From assembly GCF_016127575.1 (NCBI RefSeq), contig NZ_CP066019.1, positions 2,850,001-2,882,000 of the forward strand: 32,000 nucleotides of DNA, given 5' to 3'. Made by a program: the position numbers and the translations under genes. Under the pieces are notes generated by a model, which made no database searches, was not told where the DNA came from, and worked only from the letters and a program-made list of their open reading frames with translations. This document shows positions 1 through 7,679 of the stretch, piece by piece. The DNA comes from Cupriavidus necator (lineage in GTDB: Bacteria; Pseudomonadota; Gammaproteobacteria; Burkholderiales; Burkholderiaceae). Numbering within the stretch: the stretch's first letter is position 1; each line of letters starts with the position of its first letter.

Positions 1-2214
1 AGCGTCGCCCAGATGCAGGGCCCGGCGGCCTTCGACGCAGGCCTGCTCAAGAGCCGCGCCGTGGTCGGTCCGGTGGTGGAGCGGCTGCGGCTCGATATCA
101 CCGCGCAGCCGCTGCGTGCGCCGCTGCTGGGCGCGCTGGTCCAGCGCTTTTCCACACCCGGCCAGCCGCGCGGCACCTGGCCTGCCAGCCTGGGCTATGC
201 CTGGGGCGGCGAGCGTCTGGTAATCGCCAGCATGACCGTGCCCGAGGCGCTGGTAGACCAGCCACTCACCTTCGAGGTGCGCAGCGACGGCCGCTACCGC
301 CTGATGCAGCAGGACACCTTGCTGCTGGAAGGGCGGGCCGGCGAGACTGCGATGGCCAACGGCATTGTGCTGCGCGTGGACAAGATCGAGGCCGGGCCCG
401 GTACGCGCTTCCAGCTCACGCGGCACGACCTGGCCCGCACCGCCGAGTCCGTGCGCCGCGGGCTCACGGTGGAAAGCGAACGCAGTGAAACCCCGGCGAG
501 CCTGGGCGGCGCGGCCGACCCCCTGACCGCGCCGGGCGGCACCGTGCGCGTGAGCTGGCAATACCCGGACCGCCAGCTTGCCGCCCAACTCGTCAACGGG
601 GTCACGCGCGCCTATATCGACGGCCAGACCGACAAGCGCCGCCAGGACGCGGCCGGCACGCTCGCGTTCCTCTCGGGCGAGCTGCCGCGCGTGCAGAGCG
701 AACTCACGCGCGCCGAAGAGGCGCTCACGCGCTACCGCGCGCGCACGGGTTCGCTGCAGCCCAGCCGCGACGCGCAGTCGTTCCTCAGCAACAGCATGGA
801 GTACCAGCGCCAGATCGCAGCGCTCAAGCTTGAGCGCACGCGGCTGCTCCAGCGCTTCACGCCCGAGGCCAACGAGGTCCGCACCGTCGACAGCCAGATC
901 CAGCAGATGACTCGCGAGCGCGCGGAGATCGACGCGCGTATGCAGACCCTGTCGGCCTCCGAGCGCGAATCGGTGGCGCTCACGCGTGACGTCAAGGTGG
1001 CCGAGGACATGTACATGTCCTTGCGCAGCAAGGTCGAGCAGCTGTCGCTGATGCTGTCCGACAGCTCTACCCAGATGCGCGTGGTCGATGCCGCGATCGC
1101 GCCGGTCACACCGGTCGGTCTCGGCGCGTGGCCGTTCGCCTCCGCCGGCGCCTTGCTCGGCCTGTGCCTGGGCGTGGCCGCGATCAACCTGCGCCAGCGC
1201 ATGCGCCCGTCGGTGGCCAGCGCCGCCGATGCGGAACAGCGCCTGGGCATGGCCATGCTGGGCGATATCGCCTTCAGCAACGAGCAGACCGAGCTGGAAC
1301 GGCTGGTCGAAGCCAAGCGCCGCCTGGGCATCGCTTCCGGCTTTGTGCTGCCGCCCAATGTGCGCCTCGGCCGGCCGGAGTCTGTCACCAGCGTGATCGA
1401 CGCCGCCACGGCCGCCGCGCCCGAGGACGAACGCGCGCGCGCCGAACGGCTGCTGCGCCAGGGCCTGCACGACCAGTTCCTGCTGGCGCGGCGCGCCCCG
1501 CATTCGCTTGCCGTGGAAGGCCTGCGCACGCTGCGGGCGGCGCTGCATTTCGCGTTGCGCGATGCACCCAACTGCGTGGTTGCGGTGACCAGCCCCGCCG
1601 CCAGCGCCGGCAAGACCTTCGCCGCGGTTAACCTCGCGGTGCTGTTCGCCGAAGCCGGCCAGCGCGTGCTGCTGGTCGACGCCGACCTGCGCCGCGGCCG
1701 CGTGGCGGACTGGTTCGACCTGCCTGCCGAGCCCGGGCTGGCAGAAGTGCTCGCTGGCCGCAGCGCGATCGCCGAAGCGGTCAAGCCGAGCGTGGTCAAT
1801 GGCCTGTTCCTGCTCAGCCGCGGCGCGGTGCCGGCCAATCCGTCCGAGCTGCTGATGCTGCCCGCGCTGGCGGAATCCCTGCGGCTGTGCGCGGGGCGCT
1901 TCGACCTGGTGCTGGTGGACACGCCGCCGGTGATGGCGGTGGCCGATGCCACGCTGGTGGCCAACTTGGCGGGTTCCACGCTGGTGGTGGTGCGCGCCGA
2001 TGTCACGGCGACGGCGCAGGTCGATGAAACCCTCAAGCGCCTGGCGCACGCCAATGCCAGGCTGGCCGGTGGCATCCTCAACGGTGTCATGCCCCGGCGC
2101 AGCAACCGGGCGGACTTCAATACCATCAATCCTTATCTGGGGATGCCGTTGCCACGAGCGGTAGCGAAGCCTCCCGCATTGGCCGGTCAAGCCGATCGGG
2201 TAGGGAAAAACTGA
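1..2214 (+). CDS. Polysaccharide co-polymerase / BY-type tyrosine autokinase family protein (Wzc/EpsB-like, paralog 1). 5' end cut by window edge; atypical C-terminus.
   Basis: The frame is open from nt 1 (ORF track 13..2214). LLKSRAVVGPVVERLRLDI aligns with LLRSRMVVGKAVDDLRLYI, roughly 100 residues into the other two Wzc-like proteins here, so the N-terminus is missing. Long coiled-coil periplasmic region, second TM (GAWPFASAGALLGLCLGVAAI), and a P-loop domain with Walker A SPAASAGKT, Walker A' VLLVDADLRRG and Walker B DLVLVDTPP. The last ~45 aa contain a single Tyr. Confidence 0.9.
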   Translation, partial: SVAQMQGPAAFDAGLLKSRAVVGPVVERLRLDITAQPLRAPLLGALVQRFSTPGQPRGTWPASLGYAWGGERLVIASMTVPEALVDQPLTFEVRSDGRYRLMQQDTLLLEGRAGETAMANGIVLRVDKIEAGPGTRFQLTRHDLARTAESVRRGLTVESERSETPASLGGAADPLTAPGGTVRVSWQYPDRQLAAQLVNGVTRAYIDGQTDKRRQDAAGTLAFLSGELPRVQSELTRAEEALTRYRARTGSLQPSRDAQSFLSNSMEYQRQIAALKLERTRLLQRFTPEANEVRTVDSQIQQMTRERAEIDARMQTLSASERESVALTRDVKVAEDMYMSLRSKVEQLSLMLSDSSTQMRVVDAAIAPVTPVGLGAWPFASAGALLGLCLGVAAINLRQRMRPSVASAADAEQRLGMAMLGDIAFSNEQTELERLVEAKRRLGIASGFVLPPNVRLGRPESVTSVIDAATAAAPEDERARAERLLRQGLHDQFLLARRAPHSLAVEGLRTLRAALHFALRDAPNCVVAVTSPAASAGKTFAAVNLAVLFAEAGQRVLLVDADLRRGRVADWFDLPAEPGLAEVLAGRSAIAEAVKPSVVNGLFLLSRGAVPANPSELLMLPALAESLRLCAGRFDLVLVDTPPVMAVADATLVANLAGSTLVVVRADVTATAQVDETLKRLAHANARLAGGILNGVMPRRSNRADFNTINPYLGMPLPRAVAKPPALAGQADRVGKN

Positions 2215-2387
2215 CGCATGCCAAAGCACGCCAGAAACCGCACCGCCATTTGTGTGGGTGTACCTGTTTCTGCGAGCGTTTGGCGGACGTTCTGAGCACA
2301 CGCATTGGTGTGAAAACGCACTGATGCGCGTGCGACGTTCAGGCTCAATAGGTCACCAAGGCGTTGTACCTCAACCTGGAGCCCACC

Positions 2388-2639
2388 ATGCGAGCAGCGA
2401 TACGCACCATACTTTTGGAAGTGGCCCGACTTGACGTACCAGTTGAATCGCTGGACGACCAGGCCGATCTATACGAAGCGGGACTGTCATCACTGGCAAC
2501 GGTGCAAGTCATGCTCGCGATCGAAAATACCTTCGGCATCGAGATACCTGACCGCATGCTGACTCGCCAGCTGTTCCGCAGCATCAGCACACTGGCTGCG
2601 GCGACCGAGCAGATCAAACAAGAGCAGGAGGCGGCATGA
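2388..2639 (+). CDS. Acyl/aminoacyl carrier protein (phosphopantetheine-binding, ACP-like), 83 aa
   Basis: Small acidic protein with a carrier-protein helix II motif, LYEAGLSSLATVQVMLAIENTFGIEIP (Ser in GLSSL is the putative 4'-PP site). ATG at 2388 is preceded by GGAG at 2378-2381; the track start at 2364 is a TTG. Its stop overlaps the next start (ATGA at 2636-2639). Confidence 0.8.
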   Translation: MRAAIRTILLEVARLDVPVESLDDQADLYEAGLSSLATVQVMLAIENTFGIEIPDRMLTRQLFRSISTLAAATEQIKQEQEAA

Positions 2640-3835
2640 GCCCGGTCCTCGCCAGCGTCGAGCAGGCCTTTCCGCGCGCAGAGACTGCTGACGCCGCACA
2701 CTTGCTGGCCGGAGCGCGCCTGGCCGCGGCAGAAGCAGCCAGGCATGCAGACCAGGTCGACGCCGATGCGTGTTTTCCGCACCAGGCGTTTGCAGTCTTG
2801 CGTGAGCAGAGGTTGCTGGGCGCCATGGTGCCGCCAGCCTGTGGCGGTGATGGCGCGTCGCTGGAAACGATCGCAGCGGTCTGCCGCGTGCTGGGCGGTG
2901 CCTGTGCCTCGACGGGAATGATCTACGCCATGCACCAGATACAGGTGGCATGCCTGGTCAATCATGCGAGCACCAGCTCGTGGCACGCGCAGCTATTGCA
3001 GCGCCTGGCCAGCGAACAATTGCTGCTGGCTTCGGCCACGTCCGAAGAGGCGATTGGCGGTGCCCTGCGCAGCAGCGGCTGCGCGGTCAACGCCGATGGC
3101 GGCAACCTGTACTTGCTCAAGATGGCTCCGACCATTTCCTATGGCGCCCATGCCGACGGGATCCTCGTCACGGCACGCCGCCATCCCGATGCCTCGCCAT
3201 CGGACCAGGTCATGGTAAGCGTGCTCAAGCCAGACTACGTACTGGAAAGTCTCTCCACCTGGGATACCCTGGGCATGCGCGGCACCTGCAGCAATGGATT
3301 CCGGCTGGAAGCCCGCGGGCATACCAATCAGATCCTGCCCGTGTCGTTCGGCGAGATTGCCGACGTCACCATGACCCCCGTGTCGCACATCTTGTGGTCT
3401 GCCTTGTGGACCGGTATCGCCGCGGATGCGGTTCAGCGCGCCAAGGTGCTGTTCCAGGGCCAGGCGCGCGCCCGGCCTGGCACGCTTCCGCCCTCGGCTA
3501 CGCGCGTGGCCGAAGCGGTTGCCATTATCCAGATGCTGGAGGGGCGGCTGGAACTGGCGTTGGCTCACCAACGCCAGCGTCATGCAAGCCAGAGTGTGTC
3601 GGCAATTTTCAACCTGGCGGCGGAAATGAACGGGCTCAAGACCAGCGTGTCGTCGCTGGCGCTCGAAGCGGTGCAAATCGCGATGCTGGTCTGCGGCATG
3701 GCGGGCTACAAGCATGGCACGCCGTTCAGCCTGGGACGCCACCTGCGGGATCTGTGGTCCGCCCCCTTGATGATCAACAACGATCGCATATTGACCAATA
3801 CCGCCAATCTGCTACTGGCGGACCGGTCCGCCTGA
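2636..3835 (+). CDS. Acyl-CoA dehydrogenase-fold flavoprotein, probably acting on a carrier-protein-bound substrate
   Basis: 399 aa. ACAD-like middle-domain motif WDTLGMRGTCSNGFRLE and a C-terminal helical domain ending GRHLRDLWSAPLMINNDRI (the counterpart of the RDa..i.eGt region). AGGAGG lies 6 nt upstream of the ATG. Translationally coupled to the carrier protein gene. Confidence 0.85.
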   Translation: MSPVLASVEQAFPRAETADAAHLLAGARLAAAEAARHADQVDADACFPHQAFAVLREQRLLGAMVPPACGGDGASLETIAAVCRVLGGACASTGMIYAMHQIQVACLVNHASTSSWHAQLLQRLASEQLLLASATSEEAIGGALRSSGCAVNADGGNLYLLKMAPTISYGAHADGILVTARRHPDASPSDQVMVSVLKPDYVLESLSTWDTLGMRGTCSNGFRLEARGHTNQILPVSFGEIADVTMTPVSHILWSALWTGIAADAVQRAKVLFQGQARARPGTLPPSATRVAEAVAIIQMLEGRLELALAHQRQRHASQSVSAIFNLAAEMNGLKTSVSSLALEAVQIAMLVCGMAGYKHGTPFSLGRHLRDLWSAPLMINNDRILTNTANLLLADRSA

Positions 3836-3845
3836 GGAGCCGTCC

Positions 3846-4850
3846 ATGGACGATACCAGCAACGCTTACGTGCCAGGCGACGACGCATCCGTTGCCCCGG
3901 GTGACCATTCTGCCATGGCCAGGCCGGCGCAGGATCCTGACACGGGCCGCCGTGCTTACCGGCAGGCGCTGATTGACGCCCGCGTGCTCTTTCCCTCGAC
4001 GGTCGATGGCATTTATGGCCGTAGCGGACTGTTCGAGAGTATTGCCGACGGCTTGAACTACGCCGTCAGCAAACTGGGCGCCGACCAGGACGCGGAGGTG
4101 ATGCGATTTCCTCCTGCCATGCCGCGCAAGGATTTCGAAGCGAGCGAGTATCTCAAGGGCTTTCCCCAACTGGCAGGGACGGTGCATTGCTTCTGTGGCG
4201 GCGATCGCGAACATCATCGACTCCTGGCGCGCCTGGAGCGCGGTGAGGAATGGGCCGATCAGCAGCAGCCCACCGATGTGGTGCTGGCGCCCGCGGCGTG
4301 CTATCCCGTCTACCCTGTGGTGGCCAGCCGCGGTCCGATGCCTCGGGAAGGGCTGGTGGTTGACGTGTTGACGTATTGCTTCCGTCATGAACCTTCGATC
4401 GACCCTGCACGCATGCAGATGTTCCGCCAGCGCGAATATGTCCGGCTCGGCACGGCCGAGCAGATCGTGGAATTCCGTCAACGTTGGATGGAACGTGGCA
4501 CGCAACTGGCCAGCCTGCTTGGCTTGCCGCATGAGGTTGACGTGGCGAACGATCCGTTCTTTGGGCGTGGCGGCAAGATCGTGGCCGACAGCCAGCGCGA
4601 GCTCAAGCTGAAGTTCGAGTTGCTGGTGCCGATCAATGATGGCGCGCCGCCCACGGCTTGCATGAGTTTCAACTACCACATGGACCATTTCGCGCACGCA
4701 TGGCCGTTGCGTACCGCGGACGGCGCGCCGGCGCACACCGGCTGCGTGGGCTTTGGCATCGAGCGCCTGACGCTGGCCTTGCTGCGTCACCACGGCTTCA
4801 AGCCGGCGAACTGGCCCCAGCGGGTGCGTGACGTGCTCGGAGGCATCTGA
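3846..4850 (+). CDS. Amino acid--[carrier protein] ligase: truncated SerRS-like class II aminoacyl-tRNA synthetase homolog without a tRNA-binding arm
   Basis: 334 aa. Class II aaRS motif 2 (YCFRHEPSIDPARMQMFRQREYVRLG) and motif 3 (GCVGFGIERLTLALLRHHG). The Cys in APAACYPVY could serve as an active-site Zn ligand as in methanogen-type SerRS. About 100 aa shorter than a bacterial SerRS, with no N-terminal coiled coil. GAGGAG RBS, 10 nt after the ACAD stop. Confidence 0.8.
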   Translation: MDDTSNAYVPGDDASVAPGDHSAMARPAQDPDTGRRAYRQALIDARVLFPSTVDGIYGRSGLFESIADGLNYAVSKLGADQDAEVMRFPPAMPRKDFEASEYLKGFPQLAGTVHCFCGGDREHHRLLARLERGEEWADQQQPTDVVLAPAACYPVYPVVASRGPMPREGLVVDVLTYCFRHEPSIDPARMQMFRQREYVRLGTAEQIVEFRQRWMERGTQLASLLGLPHEVDVANDPFFGRGGKIVADSQRELKLKFELLVPINDGAPPTACMSFNYHMDHFAHAWPLRTADGAPAHTGCVGFGIERLTLALLRHHGFKPANWPQRVRDVLGGI

Positions 4851-5031
4851 GACGGAGCGGCATTGAGACGTGAGCAGATGCCGCATCCATTCGGCCCATG
4901 CAGATGCAGTGCCGACCGATGCGCCTGGTGGTCCGCCCTGCATCGAACTTCTGCAGCCGCCCGGAGCAGCGAGGCATGCTCCGCGTGGCCAGCGTTCCAG
5001 CACGGGCAGGCTGTCACGGGAGAGGCAGTCC

Positions 5032-7599
5032 ATGAAGTCGCAAACTTATCCTGACACAAGCATTCTTGCGTCCGGTCAGCAAGCACTCCCCGGCGGCCGC
5101 CCGGGCGTTGCCATCGGCAGTACCGCGCTCGGCGGCGAGTGGACATGGGTGCAGACACCCGCCGGCGCGGCCGAAAGCCCCGCTGCATTGGATCCTGCCG
5201 CAGGCTGGCTGCCGGCCCCAGTGCCCGGCACGGTGGCCAGCGCGCTGCGCGCCGCCGGGCGATGGGACGACGCAATGCCGCCGCCATTGCACCAGTATGA
5301 CCATTGGTATCGTGTGAACTTTGCCGGCCGCGGCCGGCGCGTGCTGCGCTTTAACGGGCTCGCCACGGTGGTCGAAGCCTGGCTGAACGGAAAGCTTGTG
5401 CTGAGCGCGCGGCATATGTTTGTCGCTCATGAAGTCGAGGTCGACCTGGACGGCGACAACCTGATGCACCTCTGCTTCCGTGCGCTCCATCCGTGGTTGC
5501 GCAAGCAGCGCGGCCCGGTGCGGTGGAAGCCAAGAATGATCGTGCCACCAATCCTGCGGGCGATTCGCACGACCCTGCTTGGCCACATGCCGGGCTGGTG
5601 CCCGCCGGTCCATGCGGTTGGGCCCTGGCGGCCGGTGGAACTGCTTGACCCGGCCAGTGACGACATCCTGCATGGCGTGCGCGCTGATCTGTGGGGGCGG
5701 GTGCAAGGAGATCGCGGTGTGATTGGCCTGCACCTGCACTTCCCGGCATCCGCGCCAGCGTCTGGATCGTTCGAGGCCATCGACGGCGAGGGATGCATCT
5801 ATCCGGGCTCGCTGTCGCGTACCGACAGGTTCACACTCGAAGGCACAGTCTGCGTTGAACGTCCAAAGCTCTGGTGGCCGCATACGCACGGTGAACCCCA
5901 CCTCTACCGTGTGGATGCAACCATCGAGGGACGCGCCATCCACTGCGGACGGGTTGGCTTTCGCACCATATCATTGGATTGTTCAAGCGATGCCGGGGCC
6001 TTCGCACTGCGCATCAACGGAGAGCCGCTGTTCTGCCGGGGGGCGTGCATCTCCAGCAATGATCTGCACGGCCTTGCCGACACGGATGAAGCATCCCGGC
6101 ACTGGCTGGAGCTGGCGCGCCGGGGCGGGATGAACATGGTGCGGATCAGCGGCGTCACGTGCTATCCGGGCGCGGCCTTCTACCGGATATGTGACGAACT
6201 TGGCTTGCTGGTCTGGCACGATTTCATGTTCGCCAATTTTGATTATGGCAGCATCGGACCGGGCCTCGGCCTCACCGAGGACATCACGCGCGAAGTTGGC
6301 GACTGGCTAAGCGCCACCCTAACCCATCCGAGCATTGCCGTGCTGTGTGGCGGCAGCGAGGCAGAGCAGCAGGCGGCAATGATGGGCGTCTCGCGCAGCG
6401 ACTGGAAGCAGCCACTGTTCGACGAACTGATCCGGGGCTTGGTTGCCGCCAAGCGGCCGGACGTAGTGTATGTCGGCAATTCGCCAACTGGCGGCGCGTG
6501 GCCGTTCCAGCCGGACACTGGTGTGAGTCATTACTACGGCGTTGGAGCCTACCAGCGACCGTTGGCGGATGCGCGCTTGGCGCAAGTGCGCTTTGCTTCC
6601 GAATGTCTGGCATTTGCCAATGTGCCCTGCGAGCGCACGCTGGCGGAACACGGTTTGTCGCAGCCGCTGCATTCGCCCCGCTGGAAAGCCACAATACCCC
6701 GCGACGCGGGCGCACCGTGGGATTTCGAGGATGTACGTGAGTACTACCTGCGAACCTTGTACGAAGTGGATCCACCGCGCCTACGATATGAGCAGCCGCA
6801 GCGTTACCTGGTGCTGTCCCGTGCGGTGGTCGCGGAGGTGATGACAGAAGTCTTCAGCGAATGGCGCCGGGTCGGGTCAAGCTGTGCCGGCGGACTGATC
6901 TGGCAATTGCAGGATCTCGTGCCCGGAGCCGGCTGGGGCATCGTCGATGCGTGCGGGCGGCCAAAGTCGGCCTGGCATGCCCTGCGGCAGGTCTGGCAAC
7001 CGCTGCAGGTATTGATTACCGATGAAGGGCTCAACGGACTGCACGTGCATGCGATCAACGAAACGCCGCAACCGCACGCGCTGTCGCTGACGCTGCGCTG
7101 CCTGCGCGACGGCGAGACAGTTGTGGCCGAAGCCCGGCACAGCCTGTTATTGCCGGCGCGTGGCGCGGCGCGCATTGAAGCAGCGGCGCTGCTGGACCGC
7201 TTCTTCGACTTCACCTATGCGTATCGCTTCGGCCCGCCGACGCACGATGTGGTCGTGGTCACGCTGCATGCTGCCGACAGCGGCGAGCCGCTGAGCCAGG
7301 CCGTCTACCTTCCTGACCGCCGTGCCGCCGCGCTGAAGCCCCCCGGGTTGCGAGCCAGGCTCGAGCAAGTCGACGGTGACTGGTGGCTGACGGTATCCGC
7401 GCAGCGCTTCGCACGTTGGGTTCACATCGACGATCATGCCTTTCAAGCGACCGATAACTGGTTCCATCTCGCGCCCGGCAGCAGCCGGCGTCTGCGGTTG
7501 GTGCATGAGGCGGGGAAGGCTGGCGCGCACGCTCCCGCGATTCCTTCCGGCGAGATCCACGCGGTCAATGCGGAGCATCCACTTGGCTATGATGGCTGA
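5032..7599 (+). CDS. Glycoside hydrolase family 2, beta-mannosidase-like; no signal peptide
   Basis: 855 aa from ATG 5032 (GGGAGAGG upstream); the 54-codon extension to 4870 in the track is Arg/Pro-rich. GH2 beta-mannosidase-like blocks: PKLWWPHTHGEPHLYRV, GMNMVRISGV, LLVWHDFMFAN, VLCGGSEAEQ (acid/base region) and VRFASECLAFANVP (nucleophile region). Confidence 0.8.
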   Translation: MKSQTYPDTSILASGQQALPGGRPGVAIGSTALGGEWTWVQTPAGAAESPAALDPAAGWLPAPVPGTVASALRAAGRWDDAMPPPLHQYDHWYRVNFAGRGRRVLRFNGLATVVEAWLNGKLVLSARHMFVAHEVEVDLDGDNLMHLCFRALHPWLRKQRGPVRWKPRMIVPPILRAIRTTLLGHMPGWCPPVHAVGPWRPVELLDPASDDILHGVRADLWGRVQGDRGVIGLHLHFPASAPASGSFEAIDGEGCIYPGSLSRTDRFTLEGTVCVERPKLWWPHTHGEPHLYRVDATIEGRAIHCGRVGFRTISLDCSSDAGAFALRINGEPLFCRGACISSNDLHGLADTDEASRHWLELARRGGMNMVRISGVTCYPGAAFYRICDELGLLVWHDFMFANFDYGSIGPGLGLTEDITREVGDWLSATLTHPSIAVLCGGSEAEQQAAMMGVSRSDWKQPLFDELIRGLVAAKRPDVVYVGNSPTGGAWPFQPDTGVSHYYGVGAYQRPLADARLAQVRFASECLAFANVPCERTLAEHGLSQPLHSPRWKATIPRDAGAPWDFEDVREYYLRTLYEVDPPRLRYEQPQRYLVLSRAVVAEVMTEVFSEWRRVGSSCAGGLIWQLQDLVPGAGWGIVDACGRPKSAWHALRQVWQPLQVLITDEGLNGLHVHAINETPQPHALSLTLRCLRDGETVVAEARHSLLLPARGAARIEAAALLDRFFDFTYAYRFGPPTHDVVVVTLHAADSGEPLSQAVYLPDRRAAALKPPGLRARLEQVDGDWWLTVSAQRFARWVHIDDHAFQATDNWFHLAPGSSRRLRLVHEAGKAGAHAPAIPSGEIHAVNAEHPLGYDG

Positions 7600-7611
7600 C
7601 CGCCGAGCCGG

Positions 7612-7670
7612 GCGCCGTTGCTGTTGCGGCGCTCATGCCCCGGGATGCCCGCCGTAGAACATGGCGGGCA
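7612..7670. terminator. Two GC-rich hairpins in the 80-bp convergent gap; possible bidirectional terminator
   Basis: GCGCCG(7612-7617)/CGGCGC(7627-7632) with a 9-nt loop, and TGCCCGCC(7646-7653)/GGCGGGCA(7663-7670) with a 9-nt loop. They lie between the GH2 stop (7599) and the DUF1839-like stop (7680). No clear U-tract. Confidence 0.3.
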
Positions 7671-7679
7671 CCCCCGGCC

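Noticed and set aside
732-2129. Long antisense or alternative-frame ORFs overlapping recognised genes: 732-2129 (-), 3774-5033 (-), 7565-8647 (-), 13673-14458 (+), 16540-17946 (+), 20164-21114 (+), 20945-21721 (-), 30566-31300 (-), and many shorter ones.
   Set aside because: Their translations are Arg/Ala/Pro/Ser-rich and low in complexity, as expected for non-coding frames of ~70% GC DNA. They have no recognisable motifs or RBS, and each overlaps a frame with clear domain signatures.
2158-2166. ops/JUMPstart-like core GCGGTAGCG near the end of the first wzc-like gene, about 220 nt upstream of the carrier-protein gene.
   Set aside because: It is only a 9-nt match and the flanking bases differ from the GGCGGTAGnnTG consensus. 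It lies inside coding sequence, and the chance expectation in 64 kb of two-strand sequence is about 0.25. No comparable element is present in the true leader regions.
4857-4884. Hairpin GCGGCAT-14 nt-ATGCCGC immediately after the ligase stop; possible terminator or processing site before the GH2 gene.
   Set aside because: The stem is 7 bp with a large loop and no U-tract, which is not enough to call a terminator. I mention it only as a reason why operon continuity into GH2 is uncertain.
4870-5031. 5' extensions of track ORFs beyond my chosen starts: GH2 4870-5031, DUF1839-like 8709-8906, wzc 14759-14911, wza 16418-16657, GT4 17872-18084, wbpD 27776-27913, wbpB 28734-28820, NeuD-like 12440-12520, Wzy-like 22855-22887, ACP 2364-2387.
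   Set aside because: The extensions are Arg/Pro-rich or begin at TTG/GTG codons without an RBS. An internal ATG (or GTG for wbpB) has a good Shine-Dalgarno sequence, gives a family-typical N-terminus and length, and removes implausible overlaps with upstream genes.
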